This document shows, one piece after another, positions 37,177 to 46,784 of a stretch of 64,000 nucleotides of DNA; positions within the stretch are counted from its first letter, which is position 1, and every line of letters starts with the position of its first letter. The notes below the pieces were generated by a model. It worked only from the letters and a program-made list of their open reading frames with translations. It did not search any database and had not been told where the DNA came from. The DNA comes from Ignavibacteria bacterium. GTDB lineage: Bacteria > Bacteroidota > Ignavibacteria > Kapaibacteriales > UBA2268. The stretch lies in NCBI GenBank assembly GCA_037445895.1, contig JBBIJO010000001.1, positions 74,377 through 138,376 of the forward strand. Reading direction: 5' to 3'. A program made the position numbers and the translations under genes.

Positions 37177-37875
37177 ATGGGAATATTCAGTCGTATTGCC
37201 GATATTTTCAAAGCTAACGTCAACGATGCTTTGGATAAAGCCGAAGACCCAGAAAAAATGCTCAAACAAATGGTTCTCGAAATGGAAGAATCTGTCAACA
37301 AAGCTACTCTTGCTGTTGCAAACGCAATTGCAAACGAAAAGTCTCTTGAACGAAAAATGGAGAAAGCCCGTCGGGATGTTTCGGAATGGGAGACCAAAGC
37401 TACTCAAGCACTTCAAGCCGGACGCGAGGATTTAGCTCGTGCCGCACTCGAACGCAAAATAATTGCCGAAAAAAACTTACAAGACTTACAACCAGTATAT
37501 CAACAAGCGAAAGACACCACAAACAAACTCCGAAGCCAACTAAATAGTCTAAAAACGAAACTCGACGAAGCACGCGCTCGACAAAGCACGTTAATCGCTC
37601 GTTCACAAGCCGCAAAAGCACAAAAACAAATTGCTCAAAGCCTCAGTGGGGTAGGGTCGGATGCTTTTTCGAAATTTGATAAATACGAAGAAAAAATCGA
37701 AAAACTCGAAGCCGAGTCATCTGCTTTCGAAGAACTTGCAGGCGAAAGCACAAGCCTTGAGGAAGAATTTAAGCTTCTTTCGAAATCAAGCAATGTTGAC
37801 CAACAACTCCTTGAACTAAAATCCAAGATGGGAATGCTACCCGAAAATTTCCAACAAAACACACAACAAGAATAA
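37177..37875 (+). CDS. pspA: PspA/IM30 (ESCRT-III superfamily) protein
   Basis: MGIFSRIADIFKANVN...AEDPEKML, REDLARAAL, coiled coil, and QLLELK C-terminus. Confidence 0.92.
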   Translation: MGIFSRIADIFKANVNDALDKAEDPEKMLKQMVLEMEESVNKATLAVANAIANEKSLERKMEKARRDVSEWETKATQALQAGREDLARAALERKIIAEKNLQDLQPVYQQAKDTTNKLRSQLNSLKTKLDEARARQSTLIARSQAAKAQKQIAQSLSGVGSDAFSKFDKYEEKIEKLEAESSAFEELAGESTSLEEEFKLLSKSSNVDQQLLELKSKMGMLPENFQQNTQQE

Positions 37876-37888
37876 TAAAAGGTGAAAT

Positions 37889-38386
37889 ATGGACGAAACT
37901 AATTATTTAAACGCAAACGAAAGGAATTCTTTTGTGCAAACGCCACAGGAAATAATTGACAAAACGGCTCAAAAACTCGAAGAGTTGTTAGCCCAAAATT
38001 TTCCTGAGCATTTAAAATTTGGGGATGGAACTTTTACAATTCAACGGGGTTCTTCACAAATAATGATAGTTGTCCGTCCTTACACCGATTCCGAAACTTG
38101 CGTAGAGTTTTTTTCTAACGTTGTTACGGGAGCTAAAATATCACCCGAACTAATGCATTTCCTTTTACGAAAAAATGCTGAACTTCATTTCGGTGCCTTT
38201 GGTATGATTTTCGACGATACAATTACGTTTTCCCACACAATACTTGGTTCCACTCTCAACCATGATTCATTGCAATTAATCCTTACAACAATTGCAGTTA
38301 TTTGCGACCATTACGACGATATTATTGTCGACATTGCCGGCGGGAAGCGAGCTTCGGACATTACGACCGACTTGGAAAGCGAATAA
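37889..38386 (+). CDS. YbjN/T3SS-chaperone-like domain protein
   Basis: GSSQIMIVVRP, LLRKNAELHFGAFG, YDDIIV..GGKRA pattern. Co-oriented with pspA. Confidence 0.7.
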   Translation: MDETNYLNANERNSFVQTPQEIIDKTAQKLEELLAQNFPEHLKFGDGTFTIQRGSSQIMIVVRPYTDSETCVEFFSNVVTGAKISPELMHFLLRKNAELHFGAFGMIFDDTITFSHTILGSTLNHDSLQLILTTIAVICDHYDDIIVDIAGGKRASDITTDLESE

Positions 38387-38415
38387 AATTCTCATTTTTT
38401 AGTTCTATAAAAACG

Positions 38416-38444
38416 AAAATTCCCGCGAAATATGCAGGAATTTT
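38416..38444. terminator. Hairpin between convergent genes, likely terminator
   Basis: AAAATTCCCGC-gaaatat-GCAGGAATTTT. The mismatch becomes a G-U pair on the minus strand. Confidence 0.5.
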
Positions 38445-38482
38445 ATTCTGTTCCAAAAAACTTCAAGCCGAAGCCGTTCGGG

Positions 38483-39037
38483 TTAGTCCAGTCGATACTT
38501 TAAAATTAGTCTCGAAGCAAAATGAAAGGCCGAAAAAATAGCAAAAGCGTAAAATAAATCCCCCGCAAAAGATAAAGCGAATAAATCCATCGGAGAAGTT
38601 TTGTAAAATGGCAAACCAAAAAAGTAACATTGCAAAAGCCCTTGCAAATTATGCGGATACATTCCGCTTGTCAGCCAAACAGCAAAATTAGTAATTAAAA
38701 AGAACGCCAAAGATGAAATAGAGGAAAAATAGAAAAGCCTAAAATACGAAAATCTATTTTTTAATAAAAAACCAATTGATGTAATTAAAAGAAAGCTAAG
38801 ATATACAGCCCAAATAGTGGAATGAAAACCTAAGAATAAATCAGAAATGAACATAATAGCTAATGGCAGCAAAAAAGCATTCCAACGATTCGATAACGAA
38901 TATCCCCCGAATAAAGCGATTGCCGTTATTGGTGTAAAGTTAGGCGGATGAGGGACAAGACGTGAAATCACGGCAAAAACGATTAAAGCCAAGGAAACAA
39001 TGTTCATTGGTAAATTCTTTTTGTTCTCTTTTTCCAT
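38483..39037 (-). CDS. DUF6580-like putative transport protein (ECF S-component-like membrane protein)
   Basis: SRLVPHPPNFTPITAIALFGG, ISDLFLG, FFLITNFAVW, GLPF, about 6 TM helices. Confidence 0.75.
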   Translation of the reverse strand: MEKENKKNLPMNIVSLALIVFAVISRLVPHPPNFTPITAIALFGGYSLSNRWNAFLLPLAIMFISDLFLGFHSTIWAVYLSFLLITSIGFLLKNRFSYFRLFYFSSISSLAFFLITNFAVWLTSGMYPHNLQGLLQCYFFGLPFYKTSPMDLFALSFAGDLFYAFAIFSAFHFASRLILKYRLD

Positions 39038-39210
39038 AATTATACTCTCAGCTTTTAAAAAACAAACTCAAAAATAGCAAATAGGTAGCAAATAAACAAC
39101 CATCTTTTAGTTTACATAATATAGATTATATTGTATTCATAAAGATTATTTGTTTGAATTATAATTATTTATTATTTTCGTATAATTTTATCTTAATTAA
39201 TGAGGTAAAA

Positions 39211-39573
39211 ATGAAAATTTTTTTAAGTATAGTTTTTTTGCTTGCATTTTTTGCTTGCAACAAACAACCAACTGCAATCGTAAATCCCAACAATAATGAG
39301 CCAATCATTGATAGCGTTACTTTTTGGTTCGATTTACTTCCTGCCGTTCCAACTGCATATATTACGTGTTGGGCACACGACCCAGATGGCGACTCATTAT
39401 CTTATAGATGGAAAGCAACTGCTGGCGAGTTCATTGGTTCCGGTAAAAGTGTTACTTACGTTTTAGCTCCATGTTGCGATAGTATATCAAATAAGATTAC
39501 TGTGGAAGTAAGCGATCTTTATGGTGGCAAAGCTGTTCACACTTTTCCAATTAAAGCTCCTACAAAACCTTAG
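39211..39573 (+). CDS. Small lipoprotein with Ig-like (PKD-like) domain
   Basis: Lipobox FFA-C, NNEPII, AHDPDGDSLSYRW, ITVEVSD..GG. Confidence 0.7.
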   Translation: MKIFLSIVFLLAFFACNKQPTAIVNPNNNEPIIDSVTFWFDLLPAVPTAYITCWAHDPDGDSLSYRWKATAGEFIGSGKSVTYVLAPCCDSISNKITVEVSDLYGGKAVHTFPIKAPTKP

Positions 39574-39584
39574 GAATTTTAAAT

Positions 39585-40529
39585 ATGAGAAAAATTATTT
39601 TTTTTGTTTTTGCATTTTCCATCATTAATCTTTGGCATCAACTTTTTGCTCAAGGATGTTGTAGTGTGTCGATTCCAACTTTGGGTAGCACCGAAAGTGG
39701 TTCGATTGCTTTTGGTTCAATGAGAGTTGGAATTAATTATCTTTATACAAACACATCTACAACTTTCAATGACGACATAAAAATACAAGACCCTCTCAAA
39801 AGAAAAGCTTTTGGGCATAATTTAGTTTTCGATGCCGAATTTGGAATATGGCAAAATCTTAGCTTTTTTGTTTTGCTACCCTACAATCACTACTCTCGTA
39901 GTACAACTGTTACATCGACGACAGTAGTATATAAAAATAGTGGATTAGGAGACTTAACTGTGCTTCTTAAATACAATGCGATAAATCCAAGTTTCGCAAT
40001 GCCCTACCAATTATCAGTTGGTAGTGGTATCAAATTACCCACTGGTGAGTTTCAAACCGAAAGTCAAGGTGTTCAGCTCCCATTGGATATCCAATCTGGA
40101 ACTGGAACTCTCGACTTTGTTCTGTGGTCTTTTTTCACAGCCAATTTTCTCGAAGATTTTACATTTACACAAAGTGCATTATTTAAATTTGCAGGAAAAA
40201 ATTCAGAAGGATACGATATAGGAAATGAGCTTCTAACTGTAACTGGATTGCTATACAATGTTGTCGATGAAATACAACCCAACATCCTTTTTCGTTTACA
40301 AAAACGATGGAATGATAGATTAGAAATCGATAGTATTGGTAGTCAAATTATTCCTAATTCCGGAAGAATTTTAATTGAGGTTATTCCCGGGGTTGTCTTC
40401 AATTATTCGAATATTTTAACAACAAGGCTTTTCTTTACATTTCCAATTTATATAAAAGTAAATGGAACTCAACTTTCGCCATCGTGGCGAGTTGGAACTG
40501 AGTTCCACTATAACTTCAATCTATTTTGA
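39585..40529 (+). CDS. Outer-membrane beta-barrel (COG4313/MetA-pathway-like) with N-terminal CC motif
   Basis: Signal ending LFA/Q then GCCS, GLGDL, GIKLPTG, QSGTGTLD, and aromatic C-terminus YNFNLF. Confidence 0.7.
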   Translation: MRKIIFFVFAFSIINLWHQLFAQGCCSVSIPTLGSTESGSIAFGSMRVGINYLYTNTSTTFNDDIKIQDPLKRKAFGHNLVFDAEFGIWQNLSFFVLLPYNHYSRSTTVTSTTVVYKNSGLGDLTVLLKYNAINPSFAMPYQLSVGSGIKLPTGEFQTESQGVQLPLDIQSGTGTLDFVLWSFFTANFLEDFTFTQSALFKFAGKNSEGYDIGNELLTVTGLLYNVVDEIQPNILFRLQKRWNDRLEIDSIGSQIIPNSGRILIEVIPGVVFNYSNILTTRLFFTFPIYIKVNGTQLSPSWRVGTEFHYNFNLF

Positions 40530-40535
40530 AATATT

Positions 40536-40733
40536 CTATTCCTCGGAAAGAAACATTTTAAGGGTCTTGATAAAAATGGGATTGTTCGAGTTGATACTAT
40601 TTTTAATTTTTTCTTTAATTTCTATGATTTTTTGTCTATTTTGTAATTCCATCCCACTCCTTTCTTTTTGAAGAAGGGCTATTTCATACGTTTTTTCTTT
40701 CTTTACTATTAGAGAATCCTTCTTGTCTTTCAT
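40536..40733 (-). CDS. Small hypothetical protein
   Basis: ATG 3 bp after the pyrC stop. Fills the gap to the convergent gene and is charged and helical. Confidence 0.5.
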   Translation of the reverse strand: MKDKKDSLIVKKEKTYEIALLQKERSGMELQNRQKIIEIKEKIKNSINSNNPIFIKTLKMFLSEE

Positions 40734-40736
40734 TTA

Positions 40737-42020
40737 CTATAAATTACAAACATATAATTTGTTATTATTAATAACGAATTTGGGTTTCCCTTTTAATTTA
40801 AATCCTTCGAACGAAGAATTTTTGGATTTGCTTTTGAAGTATTGTTTGTCGACTATCCACTCCTCATTAGGCGAAAAAATCGTAAGATTAGCTTTCTCCC
40901 CTTCTTGAATAGTAAGGGTAGGTAAACCGAGTATGCGTCTAGGGTTTATGCTCATTTTTTCGATGATTTGCGATAACGAAAGATGATTTTTGTGATACAG
41001 AAAAGTCAAAACAACCCCAAGCGCAGTTTCTAATCCAACAACCCCATTCGGAGCTTTCTCGAATTCAACATCCTTTTCGAAAAGTGAGTGAGGGGCATGG
41101 TCGGTTGCAATGCAATCTATTGTGCCGTCTTTTAATCCCTCGATTAAAGCTTCAACATCCTCGCTTGTCCTTAACGGTGGATTTACTTTGAAATTAGAAT
41201 CGAAAGTTTCTAACATTGCTTCTGTTAATGCTATATGATGTGGGGTTACTTCTGCCGAAACTCTTGAACCATTTGCTTTCGCTCGACGCAGAATAGCTAC
41301 TGAGCCTTTGGAACTAATATGTTGAGCGTGGTATTTTCGGTTTCCACAATACATAGCTAAAAGAATATCTCGCGAAAGTATGATTTCCTCGGCAACCGAT
41401 GGATAACCTTTAAATCCAAGTTTCGAAGAGTATCTTCCTTCGTTAACAGCAAAGTTCGATGTCAGATTTGTATCTTCGCAATGTTGGGCAATGAGCAAAT
41501 CGTAAGACGCAGAATAATCGAACGCTCGACGAAGAACGTCTGAGTTTAGAATACAATTGCCATCGTCGGTAAACATCAATGCCCCTGCTTCTGAAAGATT
41601 AAGCAATGAAGTTATTTTTTCTCCTTTAAGACTTTGTGTAATTCCAGCAGATGGGTAAACATCGACAATTTCGCCCGCGGTCCTGTTGTATATATACTCA
41701 ACAAGAGGCACATTATCTATCGGAGGGTTTGTATTTGGCATACACAATACGCCGGTGAATCCTCCATTTGCACTTGCTTCGATACCAGTTTTTAATGTTT
41801 CCTTGTGAGTAAAGCCAGGCTCACGGAAGTGAACGTGCATATCGAAAAATCCAGGGGCACAAACTAATTCGCTACCATCAATGACTTTGATTTCCGATGA
41901 AGTGCCTAAGTCTTCCTCGGATAGATATTCGATAATCCCATTGCTTATTAAGATGTTAAATCTAGAATCCAGGTTTTGAATTGGATTAACTACTCGAATA
42001 TTCTTAAAATAAATGTCCAT
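40737..42020 (-). CDS. pyrC: Dihydroorotase
   Basis: DMHVHFREPG, MPNT, FTDDG, HCED, EVTPHH, KVNPPLR, ATDHAPH. Confidence 0.95.
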   Translation of the reverse strand: MDIYFKNIRVVNPIQNLDSRFNILISNGIIEYLSEEDLGTSSEIKVIDGSELVCAPGFFDMHVHFREPGFTHKETLKTGIEASANGGFTGVLCMPNTNPPIDNVPLVEYIYNRTAGEIVDVYPSAGITQSLKGEKITSLLNLSEAGALMFTDDGNCILNSDVLRRAFDYSASYDLLIAQHCEDTNLTSNFAVNEGRYSSKLGFKGYPSVAEEIILSRDILLAMYCGNRKYHAQHISSKGSVAILRRAKANGSRVSAEVTPHHIALTEAMLETFDSNFKVNPPLRTSEDVEALIEGLKDGTIDCIATDHAPHSLFEKDVEFEKAPNGVVGLETALGVVLTFLYHKNHLSLSQIIEKMSINPRRILGLPTLTIQEGEKANLTIFSPNEEWIVDKQYFKSKSKNSSFEGFKLKGKPKFVINNNKLYVCNL

Positions 42021-42022
42021 AA

Positions 42023-44512
42023 TTATTTTAAACCGTTAGGTGATTCATTTCCGTTAAAGCCAATTTCGTCATTGTCAACCGAAGATTCTTCGTCCGAGGT
42101 TGGCGGAACAATTGTAATGTCTGAAATAGTATCGCCCGGTTCGAGCTTAATTAATTTTACGCCTTGAGTATTACGCCCGATAACACGAATACTACTGATT
42201 GGCTGTCGAATTATTATACCTTTTGAAGTAATAACAATCAGATCGTCATCTTCTTGCACTTTTACTATTCCAACCACTTTACCTGTTTTTGGTGTAATTT
42301 TCATAGAAATCACACCCTTTGCTCCCCGGTGTGTTAATCGGAACTCTTCCATAACTGTTCTTTTCCCGTATCCATTTTCGCCGACAATCAGGACCTGAGT
42401 ATTTTGGGGATCATTTGTAGTTACCATCGAAACAACCTTGTCGTCTTTTGCCAAAGTTGTAGCTTTTATCCCCATTGCTGTTCGTCCCATACTTCGAACT
42501 TCCAACTCGTCGAATCGGCAAGCAAGACCATTATGAGTCCCTACTAGAATTTGGGAATTTCCGTCGGTTAGCCTAACTACAACCAGTTTATCGTCGGTAT
42601 CAAGGTTTATTGCTATAATGCCATTGCTTCGAACGTTAGCAAAATGATTCAGTTCGGTCTTTTTAATAATGCCATTTTGAGTAATCATTACAATATATTT
42701 ACCTTCGGAGAATTCATCGACTGGCAAAAATGCTGTAACTTTTTCATCTACGGCTTTCAAGATAATATTAGCAAGGGAACGTCCCTTCGCTATTCGAGAG
42801 CCTTCTGGGATGTCATAAACCTTAACTTTGTAACATTTGCCTTTATCGGTGAAAAAAAGTAAATCGTGGTGTGTTTGAGCCTTGAAAACATATTCAATAA
42901 AGTCATCCTCGCTAACTTTGGCACTAGTAACCCCCCTGCCACCTTTGTTTTGTCTTCGATACATAGAAACTGGCATACGTTTAATATAACCGTTATGGGA
43001 TAACGTAACAATAACCTCCTCGTTTGCAATGATATCTACTAATGTAATGTCTTTTGCTTCGTAAACGATTTGAGTTTTCCTTTCATCGGCAAATTTCTCC
43101 TTTAATGCCACTAGTTCATCCGCAATTATATTTAGTTGTATTTCTTTACTTGCAAGAATTGCCTTGTATTCCTCGATTTCCTTTTTAAGTTGCTCATATT
43201 CTTGCCTGATTTTAACTTGTTCTAAATTTGTTAGTCGTTGTAAGCGAAGGTCAAGTATTGCTTTAGCCTGCATTTCTGTCAACTCGAATCTAATTTGTAG
43301 CCTATCGGAAGCCGATTTGGGGTCAGGCGAGGCTTTAATCAGTTCAATAATTTCATCTATGTGGTTTAAAGCAATAAGGAAACCTTCTAAAATGTGAAGT
43401 CTCTTTTCGGCTGCATCAAGTTCGAATTGAGTTCTACGTACGATAACTTCATTTCGGTGGGCAATAAAATGTTGCATCAGCTCAAGCAAATTGAGAGTTT
43501 TTGGTTTACCATCGACCAATGCAAGCATAATTGCTCCGAAAGTAACCTGCATTTGAGTATGTTTAAATAAATTATTTAATACAACTTCGGGGTTAGAGTC
43601 GCGCTTTAATTCGATAACAACCCTAATTCCATCCCTATCCGATTCATCTCGTATATCAGTAATATCATCAATTACCTTATTTTTTACTAACTCGGCAATT
43701 CGTTCTATTAAGGTAGATTTATTAACTTGGAATGGGATTTCATTTATAATTATTGAGTTTTTATCGATATATGCTTTTGCACGGATAACAATCCTACCTT
43801 TGCCAGAGAGATAAGCTTCTTTTACACCTTCGTAACCGTAAATAATACCACCAGTTGGGAAGTCCGGCGCAGGAACGTATTTTAAGAGTTCCTCACAAGT
43901 AATTTCCGGATTATTTATTACTGCAACTAAACCGTCGATAATCTCTTTCAAATTGTGGGGAGGAATGTTTGTTGCCATTCCTACGGCTATCCCACTCGCT
44001 CCATTAACTAAAAGAGTTGGTAAAATTGTTGGAAGAACAATCGGTTCTTTCAAAGTTTCATCGAAATTAGGACGGAAATCAACCGTATTTTTGTCAATAT
44101 CCCGCAATGTTTCCATTGCAATCCAAGATAACCGAGCCTCGGTATATCGCATAGCCGCTGGTGAATCACCGTCGATTGAGCCAAAGTTACCTTGTCCATC
44201 AATTAGCGTATATCGAAGCGACCAAGGTTGTGCCATCCTTACCATCGAATCATAAACTGCCGCATCTCCATGAGGGTGGTATTTACCAAGCACTTCGCCC
44301 ACAATACGCGCAGACTTTTTATAAGGTTTATTTGGTGTTATACCCAACTCATTCATTGCGTAAAGTATTCTTCGATGAACGGGTTTCAAACCATCGCGAA
44401 CATCCGGAAGAGCACGCGAAACAATCACCGACATTGAATAGTCGAGATATGCAGTTTTAATCTCGTCTTCGAAAATAGTCTCTAAGATTTTTTCGCTAAA
44501 AATTTGTTCCAT
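42023..44512 (-). CDS. gyrA: DNA gyrase subunit A
   Basis: [29 protein letters not shown], GyrA-box QNKGGRG, and beta-pinwheel repeats. Confidence 0.97.
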   Translation of the reverse strand: MEQIFSEKILETIFEDEIKTAYLDYSMSVIVSRALPDVRDGLKPVHRRILYAMNELGITPNKPYKKSARIVGEVLGKYHPHGDAAVYDSMVRMAQPWSLRYTLIDGQGNFGSIDGDSPAAMRYTEARLSWIAMETLRDIDKNTVDFRPNFDETLKEPIVLPTILPTLLVNGASGIAVGMATNIPPHNLKEIIDGLVAVINNPEITCEELLKYVPAPDFPTGGIIYGYEGVKEAYLSGKGRIVIRAKAYIDKNSIIINEIPFQVNKSTLIERIAELVKNKVIDDITDIRDESDRDGIRVVIELKRDSNPEVVLNNLFKHTQMQVTFGAIMLALVDGKPKTLNLLELMQHFIAHRNEVIVRRTQFELDAAEKRLHILEGFLIALNHIDEIIELIKASPDPKSASDRLQIRFELTEMQAKAILDLRLQRLTNLEQVKIRQEYEQLKKEIEEYKAILASKEIQLNIIADELVALKEKFADERKTQIVYEAKDITLVDIIANEEVIVTLSHNGYIKRMPVSMYRRQNKGGRGVTSAKVSEDDFIEYVFKAQTHHDLLFFTDKGKCYKVKVYDIPEGSRIAKGRSLANIILKAVDEKVTAFLPVDEFSEGKYIVMITQNGIIKKTELNHFANVRSNGIIAINLDTDDKLVVVRLTDGNSQILVGTHNGLACRFDELEVRSMGRTAMGIKATTLAKDDKVVSMVTTNDPQNTQVLIVGENGYGKRTVMEEFRLTHRGAKGVISMKITPKTGKVVGIVKVQEDDDLIVITSKGIIIRQPISSIRVIGRNTQGVKLIKLEPGDTISDITIVPPTSDEESSVDNDEIGFNGNESPNGLK

Positions 44513-44575
44513 AGAATTTAAAATAGTTTATCTTTCAAATTTAAGAATTTTCGAGGAGGTGGAACAAAAAGAATT

Positions 44576-45694
44576 TTAGGAATTTTTATTATTTTTAATA
44601 TTATTTTCCAAGATTTTTAACATTTTTTCGGAAGAAAAGTCCCACGAAAACTTTTTCGCCCAACTTATTGCTCCGAGTTCTAATTCTTGCCTTAGATTTG
44701 AGTTCAAAAGAAGCATCAAAATTTTTTCTGTTAGCTCAGCTATATTTCCATAAGTATAGAGCAACCCCGACACTCCTTCTTTAACTGAATCCCGCAGACC
44801 GGGCACATTTGCGGAAATCACCGGTGTTCCACAAGCATTGCTTTCCAAGTTGGTTATCCCCCACCCTTCTTTTATAGAGGTATTTACAACACAATGAGAT
44901 GAACTTAATATTTGAATTTTTTTTGGTTCATCAACAAACCCCCAAAAAGCTACATTGGCTTGTATCCCTAATTTAATGGATAGATTTTTGAGAAAACGTT
45001 CATAATCGCCCCTTCCAACAATAAAAAGCCTTGCTTCTGGAATTGACGACACAACTGTCTTAAACGCAAAAAATAAATGCTCGATGCTTTTATATTTTTT
45101 GAGACGACCAAAATATGTTACAGTAGGTTCAGCATATTTCTTGCCTACCTTCAAAGGAAACTTTGAATGGTCGAGTGCATTATAAACAATGTCGATAAGT
45201 TTTTGGCTATATCCTCGTTGGAGTAATTCATCGCGAGTACTTTCGGAAACTACAACAAAGGGTATTTTTTTGTAAAACAAATCCATTAATCTTTCAAAGA
45301 AATACACGTAGAATCCGCTCACAGGGTTTACTTGCCGAAATATACTCGTCCCAAAAAAATGATGTAAAATACCAACAATAGGCTTTTTCACAAATAAAGG
45401 CGTAAAAAATGGGACTTTATTTATATCATCAACTACTATATCGAAATTCTTTTCACGTTCTAACTTTTTGTAAAAAAATGGAACACACCAATTGAACAAG
45501 GACCTATTTCCTATTCTAATAACCTCTATTCCATCGACTATTTCATATTGAGGAAGTCCCTTGGTTTTGCTGCATAACAAAGTTATTCTATGTCCCATTA
45601 ACGAAATCCTTTTAAAAATTTCGAATAAATGGACTTCTGCTCCCCCCGAAAACGGATTAGTAATATCCTGCCAATTAATCACTAAAATTCGCAT
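44576..45694 (-). CDS. Glycosyltransferase family 4
   Basis: GGAEVH, GRLKKYK, KEGWGITNLESNACGTPVI. Confidence 0.9.
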   Translation of the reverse strand: MRILVINWQDITNPFSGGAEVHLFEIFKRISLMGHRITLLCSKTKGLPQYEIVDGIEVIRIGNRSLFNWCVPFFYKKLEREKNFDIVVDDINKVPFFTPLFVKKPIVGILHHFFGTSIFRQVNPVSGFYVYFFERLMDLFYKKIPFVVVSESTRDELLQRGYSQKLIDIVYNALDHSKFPLKVGKKYAEPTVTYFGRLKKYKSIEHLFFAFKTVVSSIPEARLFIVGRGDYERFLKNLSIKLGIQANVAFWGFVDEPKKIQILSSSHCVVNTSIKEGWGITNLESNACGTPVISANVPGLRDSVKEGVSGLLYTYGNIAELTEKILMLLLNSNLRQELELGAISWAKKFSWDFSSEKMLKILENNIKNNKNS

Positions 45695-45745
45695 TTTAAC
45701 AAAGCAAAAAACTCAAAAATAACTTAATTAAAGCGATAAAAAAAG

Positions 45746-45760
45746 TGGCACATACTTTGC
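45746..45760 (+). promoter_or_regulatory. Sigma54 (-24/-12) promoter
   Basis: TGGCAC-ATACT-TTGC, an exact match to TGGCAC-N5-TTGC, about 60 bp upstream of the TPR lipoprotein. Confidence 0.7.
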
Positions 45761-45821
45761 CATTTCTAATCTTGAATTCAAGATAGATAATTAAACTGTT
45801 TGAAAAATCAGGGGGTTGCTA

Positions 45822-46781
45822 ATGAATAAAAACAGAACAATATTATTTGTGAGAATACATTTAGCCATTTGTATAATTTTAACCAGCTCCGTTATATTTT
45901 GGGGTTGTTCAAGCGTTCAAAGTGTTCGGCAAAGTCCATACAAACTGCTATCTCGGACAAAAAAAGAAACCGACAAAGGCACAAATAAGAATACCGTTAT
46001 TTCTCCCAGCACGGATATCAATCGCAATGAAACAATCCCGACAGAAACCAAACCTTTGAATCATATATCAGATAATCGACTTTCTTATCAAAACGAAGTA
46101 AGTGAATTATATGAACAAGTGATTGAGTTAAAAAAGGAAATAGCCTTACTAAGAGAAAGCATAAGTTATTTAGAAGATAAGCTCGAGTCGAAACACGAGA
46201 ACTTAACATATACAGTTACAGGCGATATTCCAAATTATTCTCATTTCGAAGAAGACCAGAGTAAAAAATCACAACCGACAAATAAAATGGAAAAAGGTAA
46301 AAGCTTCAAAAAAGTCTCGAAAAAGTTAAGAAACGAGAAGCTACTATCGGTAGAGAACACAAAAAAAACAAAGACCCGAAATTCCCAACCAAGTCAAAAT
46401 GTTGACGAAGAAAAAGAATTTCTTGAAAATATAAATACTGTTTTGAATCAAATAAAAGAGAAGAAATACGATATCGCTCTAAATAATTTAGAAAGGCTCG
46501 AACAGACGACAAGTGATGCGATTAAACAAAGCACTATAAACTATTGGAAAGGCGAGATTTTCTTTCTACAAAAACAATATTCATCGGCTCTCGATTACTT
46601 TCTAAAAGTTCAAAATATTCAACGAGCCCCAAAAGAAGACAAAGCATTATTGATGATTGCTGAATGTTATGCGCGATTAGGAAAGATTGAAAAAGCAAAA
46701 AAGACATACGAAAAATTTATCGAAAATTTTCCTTTTAGCGAATATATTTCGCGAGCAAAGAAGATGATTCAACAGCTTTAA
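45822..46781 (+). CDS. TPR lipoprotein, CpoB/YbgF-like (coiled coil plus C-terminal TPR)
   Basis: Lipobox FWG-C, central coiled coil, YWKGE...ALLMIAECY...FPFSEY...AKK TPRs. Confidence 0.7.
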   Translation: MNKNRTILFVRIHLAICIILTSSVIFWGCSSVQSVRQSPYKLLSRTKKETDKGTNKNTVISPSTDINRNETIPTETKPLNHISDNRLSYQNEVSELYEQVIELKKEIALLRESISYLEDKLESKHENLTYTVTGDIPNYSHFEEDQSKKSQPTNKMEKGKSFKKVSKKLRNEKLLSVENTKKTKTRNSQPSQNVDEEKEFLENINTVLNQIKEKKYDIALNNLERLEQTTSDAIKQSTINYWKGEIFFLQKQYSSALDYFLKVQNIQRAPKEDKALLMIAECYARLGKIEKAKKTYEKFIENFPFSEYISRAKKMIQQL

Positions 46782-46784
46782 ATT

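Noticed and set aside
39038-39210. Cobalamin riboswitch upstream of the DUF6580-like transporter
   Set aside because: No GGGAA/GCCACTG B12-box motifs and no GC-rich stems.
42023-44512. Intein in GyrA (or in RtcB), or assignment as ParC
   Set aside because: Lengths are normal, motifs are contiguous, and the GyrA-box is present.
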